Positions 49,030-60,179 of a stretch of 64,000 nucleotides of DNA are shown one piece after another; position 1 is the first letter of the stretch; every line of letters begins with the position of its first letter. Source of the stretch: Macrostomum lignano (taxonomy: Eukaryota); assembly GCA_002269645.1 (NCBI GenBank), contig NIVC01002129.1, positions 1 to 64,000 of the forward strand. Direction: 5' to 3'. The notes beneath the pieces were generated by a model, which was not told where the DNA came from, ran no database searches, and saw only the letters and a list, made by a program, of their open reading frames with translations. Position numbers and translations under genes: made by a program.

Positions 49030-49520
49030 TAAGAGTTTCCATCACGCCAAAGTGTATCAAAACAAAACATGGCATTTAAATAAACTTTCTTAGAACGTGA
49101 TACAACGGGGTAACTTCCAATGGCCATTGTTAATTGCTTAACAATTATTTTGTGAGACCTTGCAGGTAGCGACTTGGTATAACTGAAACTTTTACGTCTA
49201 ATAAAAGCAATTGATTTGTAGAAATGGAAGATTCTCCTCTGAGTCGAGAAAATCACATGAATCGATAATTTACAAGCTGATTGTTTGCCGAAATGAAATT
49301 TTACCGTCAGTTATTCGAAAAATAATCAACGACTTAATGATCTTCAGATTTATTAAATTTTATAAATGTGTTTTGGATGTTTCGATCTGCTTGGTTTCTT
49401 GATTCTGCATATATTTTCTTCTTGGCTAGTTGGATGTGTTCATGCATTATCACATCCTGCTCGATCCAATATGATATAGAATACTGACTGTTGGGGAGAG
49501 TTAGAACAGTAAAGCACGAA
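49030..49520 (-). mobile_element. Possible second decayed Penelope-like fragment
   Basis: Minus-strand pieces MHEHIQLAKKKIYAES and SFSYTKSLPARSHKIIVKQLTMAIGSYPVV resemble the RT-to-GIY-YIG linker; heavily degraded. Confidence 0.3.
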
Positions 49521-49959
49521 GATCCGTTTGTATAGGGCACTATGCACACCTTTCGAGAGTGCACTCTGCAGAACATCGCTGGAATTAGTTTGCCAATTGT
49601 CAATGCAATCGATTGAGTGTACATACTTATCAATTTCCAGTCGTCACTGCGATTATAGGTGTAGAAATTACCAACTATTCTCTAGCTGGTACTCCAAAGC
49701 GCCTTCAGACGCTACAGCCAATTCTAAAAGCTATTTAATTATAAAATGCATAATTAGGTTTCATAGAAGTATATAAATGTAGTTTGTCAAGATATTGTCA
49801 GCGTCAATAATATAAATGTATTAAGATCTTACAAATCGGTTTTGTGTTTGAACTGACGTTTGATAATTCAAGGAGACATTTTCCGGTGGTGAGTCGGTTG
49901 ACTCAACACACCTGCCTGTTTCATTATTTATTCATTATGTCTATTTAAAACTGTAATTT

Positions 49960-51354
49960 TCAAGGCCGCTGCTAAAATTCCCAATGCAAACTATATAGTT
50001 AAAATATACACATTGAGACAGTATTCCCCACCCCTCCTCCAACAATCCCACCATTAGCCTTGGCCTGAAATCGAACAGATAAGAACCATAAGATAAACCC
50101 ATAAGGGATGTGAACTTGATAGTAATCATTAGAAATGCCTCCTGTTCTAGTACGCGGATGTCGCGAAGTGGTACGTAAAGCTCGACAGCTTCTCAATTCA
50201 CTTAGTGTAAAAATCCTGGCATCGCAAAATTCGGACGGAGAACAAGGACTTCATTTGATTGGGAGTGTCCGTAATCGCGGCAAGGTCGTGCGTCTTACGA
50301 GCGTGTTAAAATTTTCTCTACAGGCCTCGTGCGATGCTGGGACTTCAGTGTCGAAGCCACCGAAGTCGACACTCTTCGCCACCATGCTGCGCGCATCGTT
50401 CACATCCGCCTGATTGTCAATGCCATCATCGATTTCCTCGTTGTCATCTTCGAAGTCGTCGTCTAATCGCTGACGCCTGCGGGTTTTTAGTCGAACGGCG
50501 TCGTCTTTCGACATCTGTACACCTGTTGGTCGCTGCTGCAGGATGCTTGCACTGGCGCCCAAATTTACGACGCATTTCCTGAACGATATGACTGCTGTTG
50601 ATGTCAGCATCCGTTTTTCATGTGCATCTCCTTAAAACGTCGGATAATCTTTGAGCGCCAGAAGGTTTCGGAAGGGTCTTTTAGACCGGGATACGTTGCA
50701 ACAATTGCCTTGCACACATCGGTGAGATGGCTGCGTGAGACGTATGGGTTGCTGTGGGAGACGTAATCCGACAAAATGTTTTCAACGATGCACTTTAGGA
50801 AGAGGTTGAGAAACGTCGCATTGTTTTTTTTTAAATCCGAGCTTTTTTCAGGATGGATTCGAAGATTACGAAGCGTATCTCAGTGAGGCTATCCAACCTT
50901 GGCAGTGGAAAAACGGCAGGCCATGGCAACCTCGCCCTTTCCTGATCGTCGTTAGTGCACCCATGGGGTGGATGAGGCGGACAAAGCAATCGGTTTTGGC
51001 ACCGCATCTGGACACGAATTTCTGGGTGTTATAGATGCAGATGCTGCTAGAAAAGTTGCTGGCTCGCTGCGCAAAGTCAGAGAGCAATTCTCCTTGTAGA
51101 AGAAAGTAGACATTCTTCCCTTCTTTTGCGACTTCCGGAATAAGTTCGTCGTCATCAATCTCGAATCCATCTGCAGTAACGATGCGCACATTTTCCGCAT
51201 CGATAATGTCCAACTTAGCACACCCTTCTGTGCGCAGGTAATTAATGGAGAGACCTGAAGCTGGTAACATCATTACAGGTTAAGACAGGTCATGACAGGT
51301 TAAGGGTCCAAAAATAGAATTCGGACCCTTTCCGGACCTTTTAGATTTACAGTG
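49960..51354 (-). mobile_element. Decayed CACTA/EnSpm-like element end with disrupted ORF (CIDE-N-like N-terminus, SAMD3-like segment)
   Basis: The minus strand starts CACTGTAAATCT at 51354. The ORF from 51273 has VRIVTADGFEIDDDELIPEVAKEGKNVYFLLQGE; after frameshifts it continues SRSHLTDVCKAIVATYPGLKDPSETFWRSKIIRRFKEM. Confidence 0.5.
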
Positions 51355-51466
51355 CGGTACTTAGCGAGGACATCTTTTCTACTCTTGCTTGCTCCAGTGA
51401 TGTTTCTATTCTTCAGCAGTACATTCAATTAACATGCAGCGGACGACAGCAAGGTTCGGAATCAGT

Positions 51467-51506
51467 TTAGTTAGTTATTTAGTTAGTTAGTTAGTTAGTT
51501 ACTTAT

Positions 51507-51537
<31 letters not shown>

Positions 51538-51538
51538 T

Positions 51539-51605
<67 letters not shown>

Positions 51606-51616
51606 TTTAGTTAGTC

Positions 51617-51671
<55 letters not shown>

Positions 51672-51672
51672 C

Positions 51673-51735
<63 letters not shown>

Positions 51736-51765
51736 CATTTAGTTAGTCAGTTAGTTTTTTAGGTA
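51467..51765. repeat. (TTAG)n microsatellite
   Basis: Direct reading. Confidence 0.97.
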
Positions 51766-52191
51766 GTTAAGACCTAAGGTTTCTTGGTTTTTGAGTGAGT
51801 AATTATTTTACTTTTTTATCGTATTGGTGCGCTTTCAGACTTTTCAGAACTGTTCAACAGTGCCAATTTTCGCGCGAATTTGAATTAGACTTCATTTAAT
51901 AAGCGAAAAGTATTAACACTTATCCGCCCTGTTCAATGGAGTTTCATGAAATCTGTTTAAAAACATCCGAGTACAGTTACAGATCGGATTAAATTATTTA
52001 GGTCTCCACCAGTTTTATTAAAAGGTAAAATATTACATTAAACGGTCAACGATGAAAGAAAACTGTTCTCTTGCTGATGCATTGTGAAGTGAATCGGATG
52101 TTCTCTCACATTCTGCAAGGCTTGAAGAAGAAGCTTATAAAATAGTTATCTATGCCGTGTATATATTTAATTGAAGTGCCCGTAAGTTGCT

Positions 52192-55100
52192 TCAATTTTG
52201 AGGCAGTAAGAGATGATGCTGTTGCTGCTGCGCCTGCGGTTGCTGCTGCTGCACAAATCGGTCAGGAGTGAGTTCCTTGTTGCCAGCAGTGCAGTCTCTC
52301 ACAGCGGCAACCAGATCGTTGCGTCCCATGCGACTCAGGGCATCACTGAGCTGATCCACCAGGCTCCCTCGCTCCGGAGCGGCACAGGTTCGCTTCCAGT
52401 ACAGCAGAACTCGAAATGTAAAATTGCTGCTGCTGCCACCAGCGCCGCGGGTCGAGATGGTCTCGAAGCCCAGAGCGGACACGGCACTCTCGGGAATTCC
52501 CAGTTCGGCTGCCAGGGTCACCCCCTGCTGAATCTGCTCGGCCAGAGTCTGCAGGCTACGGCGACTCAGCGCGCGGGGCTCGCGACCGTCTGAAGGATTT
52601 TTTGGGTTTTGGAAGAATCCAGATCTATAGCTATGATCTATAGGTGTGATATATAGGTGTGATCTATAGCTGTGATCCATAGGTGTGATATATAGGTGCG
52701 ATCTATAGCTATGATCTATAGGTGTGATCTATAGCTGTGATCTATAGCTGTGATCTATAGGTGTGATCTATATCTGTGATCTACAGCTGTGATCTATAGC
52801 TGTGATCTATAGGTGTGATCTATATCTGTGATCGATAGCTGTGATCTATAGCTGTGATCTATAGCTGTGATCTATAGCTGCGATCTATAGGTGTGATCTA
52901 TATCTGTGATCTACAGCTGTGATCTATAGCTGTGATCTATAGGTGTGATCTATATCTGTGATCTACAGCTGTGATCTATAGCTGTGATCTATAGCTATGA
53001 TCTATAGCTGTGATCTATATCTGTGATCTACAGCTGTGATCTATAGCTGTGATCTATAGGTGTGATCTATATCTGTGATCGATAGCTGTGATCTATAGCT
53101 GTGATCTATAGCTGTGATCTATAGCTGCGATCTATAGGTGTGATCTATATCTGTGATCTACAGCTGTGATCTATAGCTGTGATCTATAGGTGTGATCTAT
53201 ATCTGTGATCTACAGCTGTGATCTATAGCTGTGATCTATAGCTGTGATCTATAGCTGTGATCTATAGCTCCCATCGTCCCCTCCCACCGGGCACTCACGA
53301 GCTGGCTGGGCGTTCCTCTTCGGTGCCAGCAGTCGCTGTTGGCTCTCCAGCCGGGCCTGCTGCGGGTCCAACTCGTAGATCCGCAGCTTAAGAATCCTGG
53401 GATAATGAAACCAACCGCCTGGTTTCTGCTGATCGTCCTGTCGGTTTCCGGCACTTCCGGCCGCTTCATCGGCGTTTTCGCTGTCCAGAGCGGCCGGCGG
53501 AGGCGGCGGAGGCGGCGGCTTGAGGTCCAGGTACTGCTTCAACGCGTGGAAGCCAACGCTGAACTCGTGATTGGACAGGACTTTGCCGGCGGAGCTGAGC
53601 AGCTTCATGGAGCCTCTGTTGTCCGGTTTGTTGGGTTGCAGTGGGAATATGATTGAATGGGATTTTTGTGTGATTTCGTAGAGTAAGATGGGATTTATTA
53701 GGGATAAGATTGGGATTTCTTAGGGATCAGATGGGATTTCTTAGGGATAAAATGGGGTTTCATAGGGGATCACATTGGATTTCGGTAGGATCAGATGGAA
53801 TTTCGTTGGGACCAGATGAGATCCCAAAAGAATCCCGAACTTCTAAATCTCATCTCTCTAGAGTCCTAAACTCTAAGAACCTTCGAAAACCTTGTCTTAA
53901 CTCACCTAAACGTAAGCGTCTCATTCCCTGCCTTGTCCACCAGCTTCGCCTCGGCCGTCTCCTTCCTGTCGCCCTCGTCCTCGGCCAGCTCCAACAAGTA
54001 GGAGAAAAAATCCGACACGATGGTCACCGTGCGATCTGTTGGCACCAGCTCGAACACGACGGGATTGTCGGCGAATCTCTGGTGATACTGGAAGCTTACG
54101 CGGTCTCCGGCCTGACTGTCGGGCGTCTGCTGCAGCTGAAAGTCGCCCGTCAATTCGACGCTGAAGCTGTCGCCTTCGCGTAGCAACAGCTGCTCGGATC
54201 TGGTCATCTCGGCTGCCGCGGCGGCTGCGGCAACTGAGGCCGCGTTCTGGCGTCCGGCTCTGACGGCTCGGTCGACTCGAGCGCCAGTCGGTTGCAGCGG
54301 CGGCAGCAGCTGCCATCGAAGAACGTCTTGACCGTCGATTGGTCCGGCCTCTGATGCTGATGATGAAGGTTTCATTGCAACAAAATCTAGGGACTCTTTT
54401 CATCTGCAGGATGCTTGCTATCTGGGGTTGCTTGCTATCTGGGGGATGCTTGCTATCTGGGGGATGCTTGCTATCTGGGGGATGCTTGCTATCTGGGGGT
54501 GCTTGCTATCTGGGGGATGCTTGCTATCTGGGGTTGCTTGCTATCTGGGGGATGCTTGCTATCTGGGGGTTGCTTGCTATCTGGGGGATGCTTGCTATTT
54601 GGGGGATGCTTGCTATCTGGGGATGCTTGCTATCTGGGGGATGCTTGCTATCTGGGGATGCTTGCTATCTGGGGGATGCTTGCTATCTGGGGATGCTTGC
54701 TATCTGGGGGATGCTTGCTATCTGGGGATGCTTGCTATCTGGGGGATGCTTGCTTGCTATCTGGGGGATGCTTGCTATCTGGGGGATGCTTGCTATCTGG
54801 GGGATGCTTGCTATCTGGGGGATTCTTGCTATCTGGGGGATGCTTGCTATCTGGGGATGCTTGCTATCTGGGGGATTCTTGCTATCTGGGGATGCTTGCT
54901 ATCTGGGGGATGCTTGCTTGCTATCTGGGGGATGCTTGCTATCTGGGGGATGCTTGCTATCTGGGGATGCTTGCTATCTGGGGGATGCTTGCTATCTGGG
55001 GGATGCTTGCTATCTGGGGATGCTTGCTATCTGGGGGATTCTTGCTATCTGGGGGATGCTTGCTATCTGGGGGATGCTTGCTATCTGGGGATGCTTGCTA

Positions 55101-58100
55101 TCTGGGGGATGCTTGCTTGCTATCTGGGGGATGCTTGCTATCTGGGGGATGCTTGCTATCTGGGGGATGCTTGCTATCTGGGGGATGCTTGCTATCTGGG
55201 GGATTCTTGCTATCTGGGGGATGCTTGCTATCTGGGGGATGCTTGCAATCTGGGGGATGCTTGCTATCTGGGGGATTCTTGCTATCTGGGGGATGCTTGC
55301 TATCTGGGGATGCTTGCTATCTGGGGGATTCTTGCTATCTGGGGATGCTTGCTATCTGGGGGATGCTTGCTTGCTATCTGGGGGATGCTTGCTATCTGGG
55401 GGATGCTTGCTATCTGGGGGATGCTTGCTTGCTATCTGGGGGATGCTTGCTATCTGGGGGATGCTTGCTATCTGGGGGTTGCTTGCTATCTGGGGGATGC
55501 TTGCTATTTGGGGGATGCTTGCTATCTGGGGATGCTTGCTATCTGGGGGATGCTTGCTATCTGGGGATGCTTGCTATCTGGGGGATGCTTGCTATCTGGG
55601 GGATGCTTGCTATCTGGGGATGCTTGCTATCTGGGGGATGCTTGCTTGCTATCTGGGGGATGCTTGCTATCTGGGGGATGCTTGCTATCTGGGGGATGCT
55701 TGCTATCTGGGGGATGCTTGCTTGCTATCTGGGGGATGCTTGCTATCTGGGGGATTCTTGCTATCTGGGGATGCTTGCTATCTGGGGGATGCTTGCAATC
55801 TGGGGGATGCTTGCTATCTGGGGGATTCTTGCTATCTGGGGGATGCTTGCTATCTGGGGATGCTTGCTATCTGGGGGATTCTTGCTATCTGGGGATGCTT
55901 GCTATCTGGGGGATGCTTGCTTGCTATCTGGGGGATGCTTGCTATCTGGGGGATGCTTGCTATCTGGGGGATGCTTGCTTGCTATCTGGGGGATGCTTGC
56001 TATCTGGGGATGCTTGCTTGCTATCTGGGGGATGCTTGCTATCTGGGGGATGCTTGCTATCTGGGGGATGCTTGCTATCTGGGGATGCTTGCTATCTGGG
56101 GGATTCTTGCTATCTGGGGGATGCTTGCTATCTGGGGATGCTTGCTATCTGGGGGATGCTTGCTATCTGGGGATGCTTGCTATCTGGGGGATGCTTGCTA
56201 TCTGGGGGATGCTTGCTATCTGGGGGATGCTTGCTTGCTATCTGGGGGATGCTTGCTATCTGGGGGATGCTTGCTATCTGGGGGATGCTTGCTATCTGGG
56301 GGATGCTTGCTATCTGGGGGATGCTTGCTATCTGGGGGATGCTTGCTATCTGGGGATGCTTGCTATCTGGGGGATTCTTGCTATCTGGGGGATGCTTGCT
56401 ATCTGGGGATGCTTGCTATCTGGGGGATGCTTGCTATCTGGGGGATGCTTGCTATCTGGGGGATGCCTGCTATCTGGGGATGCTTGCTATCTGGGGGATA
56501 TTTTCTATTTAGGGGAAATGCCTAATGAAAATTGTCTTTTTGTTACTCCCGTTCTCACCTGCGGCAGTAGCTGAAGACGCGTCCGCTGCACCCTCCGGCA
56601 GAGGCGCGCAGCGGACACACAGAGCCCAGCGTCGCCTATCGAACGCGATGAAGAGATTCAGCTGTCCCGGGCGTCCAGTGTTCAGCGCCTCCAGGTGCTG
56701 CAGGCCCAGCACGGCTCTCGGCAGTCGGGCGGGAATCGCGTCTACGAAGCAAAACCTGGCCGCCAGCTGTTTCGACTCGAGGCTAACGGTGGTTCGAGTC
56801 AGCCTCGGCGAGGCGCGCTTCAAATCCAGCAGGGTCCACTGGCCGCCCACGTCGGCGTCTAAACGGAAGGCGACGGCGAGTCGAGCGGTGGCTTCCTTGC
56901 GTTCGCTGTCTCGCAGCCAGGCTGGCAGAGGCAGCTTGACGGTGACACCTCGTCGGATCGGAGTCGCGTCGTCGTCTTCGGCGGCGTGGTCGTGATCGTC
57001 GTCACAACGGAAACTGTACATCGGGGTGAGGGCGGCGATGTCCATTGTTTCGGAGCGGCGAAGCTGGCGAGCGAGGGCAGCGCCTTTGTCCGTGAATGGG
57101 AGGATCTGTGGGATGGCATTTGATGGAATCTCAATCGTTTTACTCAACCAGTTGATCAAATCAATCAAACCAATCAAACCAATCAAATCAATCAAATCAA
57201 TCAAATTTATCAGCTCAATCAAATCATAAATTTATCAATCAAGGAATTACCCTCAGTTTAAACAGTCTGGGCACTGGGAAGGCATTCTTGGGCACCCGCA
57301 GCGACACGCATTGGTCGATGCGAAAATCGATGAGCCCTCCGTTCGGAGAGATCTGGAAGGTCTCCTCCACTGGAGACAGCAGCATCATGTACGTTCCAAG
57401 GCTGCGAGTGTCCACTCTGATGCTGGAGTGGTCCGCCTGTGGATTAAACAGAATATTTTGGATAAAAAAATGCTTCGAATTTTAACAAAAAAATTGAGTG
57501 AGTCAATTAAACTACTATCAGTAGAATAATATATCTATTGGGGATTTTCCACGTTTAGTATAGTGGACTAGCAAGCTGCGCCCCCAACAAAGACAAAAAT
57601 ATGAATATTGAGCTATTGTTAATTGCTCAAGGAAACTGAGGCTAAAAGTAAAAAGCATCCGCCCTGAAAGTCAGCTGTTTACAGGGTGATTCGTTAAAAT
57701 GGTCGAACCCTAACCCTACCCAAACACTAACAATAACCCTGCTGAGGGTTACAACGTTTCAGCAACTCTCCCATGTGCCTGCCTTGACAACTCAGCCATT
57801 CCACCCCCCCCCCCCCCAATGAACCATGGCATTTTAGCAGCTCCTCCACGAGTACTTTACAATTTGACAGGGCGAATCGCATACTTGAGGGCCTGAGTGC
57901 ACAAGGCAGGGCCGCTGTACACCCGTGTGAGCGTGTGTATGAGTGCGTACAGTACTGGCATGTGTAGTGACTGGCTGCTAGCTGGTTATTCAGCAGCATT
58001 CACTAGCTTTCCCTAAGAGTGCTGTGGTCCGCTGCACAGCAGCTCAGTCCACCTGATCTAGTGAGAGAGTTACCCTGTGCTGGGCCTAAGTGTTTACTGC

Positions 58101-60148
58101 CCGATGACTCATCGCCTGAGCAGGCGTGGGCAGCCACACTCAATGTCTTCCCACTCGCGCTGAGGAGGCGTAGCAGGATGACTCATCACCTGCGCGGAGT
58201 ATAATGACTGCCTAGAGGGAGTACGACTAAACAGGATGACTCATCCGCCCATGTTCTATTTTTAGCACAGAAAAGCACGTGACTGTGCACACACACTGTG
58301 CGTGGCCACTGACCTTGAGTCACGCCACTGCTGCGTGACAGGGTTGCCTTATTTGGAAGTTGGCCTTGAATCACGCGTCGCTCGCATGATTTTAGTGACC
58401 AAATAAGGAAGTTTCACGCGCTCACCGCATGAAACTCACTCTTTTGGGGGTCCGCTTGGCTATAAATACGGAGCATCTGCGAGCCATTTTTCTCCAGACT
58501 GCGTCGTCTCGCGGAGCATCGTGGCTGACTCGAAAGCCTTCTCCGAGCTCTCCTCTCTCATTTCAGGTTTTTCAGGTTTTCAGGTTCGAGCAGCATTCTA
58601 CTAAGACGATCAACTGTCGAGACATTTTTCTGATTTGCCTTTGCTCCGAGCGACTTCGTTATTTTATTTCAGGTGACGGATAGACAACTCTGCCGACGCG
58701 TCGAGTCCGCACACCAAGGTGGCAGCAACCCTACCAAGTCAAGGCTAACGTTTTAGGTTCATTATCAGGCAAATCGATAGGTAGTACAACGGTGCTATCT
58801 AGCTACTTCAGGAGCAGCGGGTTCTATTTCTAGGAACATCTTCAAGAACCCGAGAAGAAGCATAACAAATGTGCTGAGTCAGCGGCATTGGAAGCGGATT
58901 GCAACTATGAGAAGCCTGAGTGAACTTTTCGCAGAAGGATAAACTGTGGAAAACCCGCGTAAAAACCATGGAAAAACCGGCTTTGCTGAAACGGAAATTT
59001 TCTACTTGTTTTTCGAATCTACGGACGCCACAGTCCCACTTGAAGTGTCGGCGCCTCACCTCCAGGTTGCTGGCCGGAAGTTCCTTCCAAGGCGCTCCGC
59101 CGCCGCTGCCTCGGTGCAGCAGCCGCAGTCTACTGAACTGGCTTGGCTCGCCTTCTGGCAGCTTCAGCGGCAGCTTCAACGCCAGCTGGCATCTTAGGCT
59201 GCGCACGCTGGGGCTGGCGAGCTGGTAGACTGGGGAGACCAGGCGTTCCATCTCGGCTAGGCGAACGGTGAAGTCTGACAGCTCGGCTGGTTGCACCGAG
59301 CTGACGGTGATGCTGTCGTTGCGGCTGAACCCGCCGGCCTCCGGGATGGTCAGGCAGCCGCCGTCAGGCAGCTGGTAGCGACCGCCGCGCTTGCCCGGGC
59401 GAACTTGGATGGATCGGCTGCGAGTTTGATGGATTTGGATGGTATTCGGGTTGCTATGCAGGATATTCGGGTTGCTATGCAGGATATTCGGGTTGCTATG
59501 CAGGATATTCGGGTTGCTATGCAGGATATTCGGGTTGCTATGCAGGATATTCGGGTTGCTATGCAGGATATTCGGGTTGCTATGCAGGATATTCGGGTTG
59601 CTATGCAGGATATTCCAGTTGATATGAGAATATTCGGGTTGCTATGGGGGATATGTAGGTTGCTATGGAGGATATTCAGGTTGCTATGGAGGATACCCGG
59701 GTTGCTATGGACGATATTTATGTTGCTATGGAGGATATTCGGGTTTCTATGGAGGATATTCGGGGTTGCTATGGAGGATATTCGGGTTGCTATGCAGGGT
59801 ATTCGGGTTGCTATGGCGAATTCATGAGCGTATAGGAGAATTAAAGTCTCAGAAGGGAACTCAGTTTCTATGAGAGATACTGAGGCTTAAAAAGAAAATA
59901 ATGTTTTCTAAGAACAGCTAGTGTTTCCATTGAAGCTCACTTCACATCCGGTATGCAGGATTCTTCAGCTTCCCCTCCGCCGCCGTCCCCTGCAGCTTTC
60001 GACTTGTCAGAATCCGCCACCAGCTGAAGGTGGTGCGTCTTTGAACCGTTGGATTGAGCGGCAGCTGAAGCTGTCTTCTGACGGCGCTGCTGCACTGCCG
60101 AAGTGTTCGGACTGCGCTTGGCAGACTGCACTGAAGCTCTGGCTGCTG
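52192..60148 (-). CDS. ZU5-ZU5-UPA-like-Death domain protein (DTHD1/PIDD-like), 7 exons in window, 5' end missing
   Basis: Exons (-): ~60148-59941, 59417-59060, 57436-57251, 57105-56559, 54356-53906, 53615-53299, 52589-52192. All are GT-AG and phase-compatible, ~820 codons. ZU5-like segments: PGKRGGRYQLPDGGCLTIPE...LVSPVYQL...LKLP and ISPNGGLIDFRIDQCVSLRVPKNAFP...LTPMYSF...VTVKLPLP. The last exon encodes a death-domain-like helical unit (LAAELGIPESAV...RVLLYWKR...LSDALSRMGRNDLV). Confidence 0.8.
52621..53268. repeat. 13-bp minisatellite
   Basis: gatctatagctgt, about 50 copies; rare variants recur at a 247-bp spacing. Confidence 0.96.
54408..56500. repeat. 17/18/22-bp G-run minisatellite, ~2.1 kb
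   Basis: atgcttgctatctgggg(g) units with occasional extra cttg. Confidence 0.98.
57145..57240. repeat. (ATCAA)n-like short repeat
   Basis: Direct reading. Confidence 0.85.
58104..58468 (+). promoter_or_regulatory. Cluster of AP-1 sites followed by a TATA box (promoter- or LTR-like), antisense within the death-domain gene intron
   Basis: ATGACTCAT at 58104, 58178 and 58236, TGAGTCA at 58316, CACGTG at about 58276, TATAAATA at 58461-58468. Confidence 0.5.
59435..59815. repeat. 21-bp minisatellite
   Basis: ggatattcgggttgctatgca, about 18 copies. Confidence 0.95.
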
Positions 60149-60179
60149 CTTGAGGTGAAGAAGGAGCACTTGGTTGAGG

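Noticed and set aside
46469-51354. Pack-CACTA capture of the ENaC gene between cactgtaaa (46469) and tttacagtg (51354)
   Set aside because: Only 9 bp match, the flanks (ta / cg) give no TSD, and there are no shared subterminal repeats. A 13-bp match at 41210 is explained by the local satellite.
54339-56574. Three ~700-aa ORFs (MLAIWG/GGCLLS/DACYLG)
   Set aside because: All three frames are open because the 18-bp unit lacks stops; the array is intronic to the minus-strand gene.
59435-59815. GTTGCTATG half X-boxes in the 21-bp array
   Set aside because: The second half-site (GYAAC) is missing, so the match is likely coincidental.
16652-60148. MADD and a death-domain gene as a functional apoptosis cluster
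   Set aside because: They are convergent neighbours separated by an unrelated channel and transposon debris; there is no sequence evidence of co-regulation.
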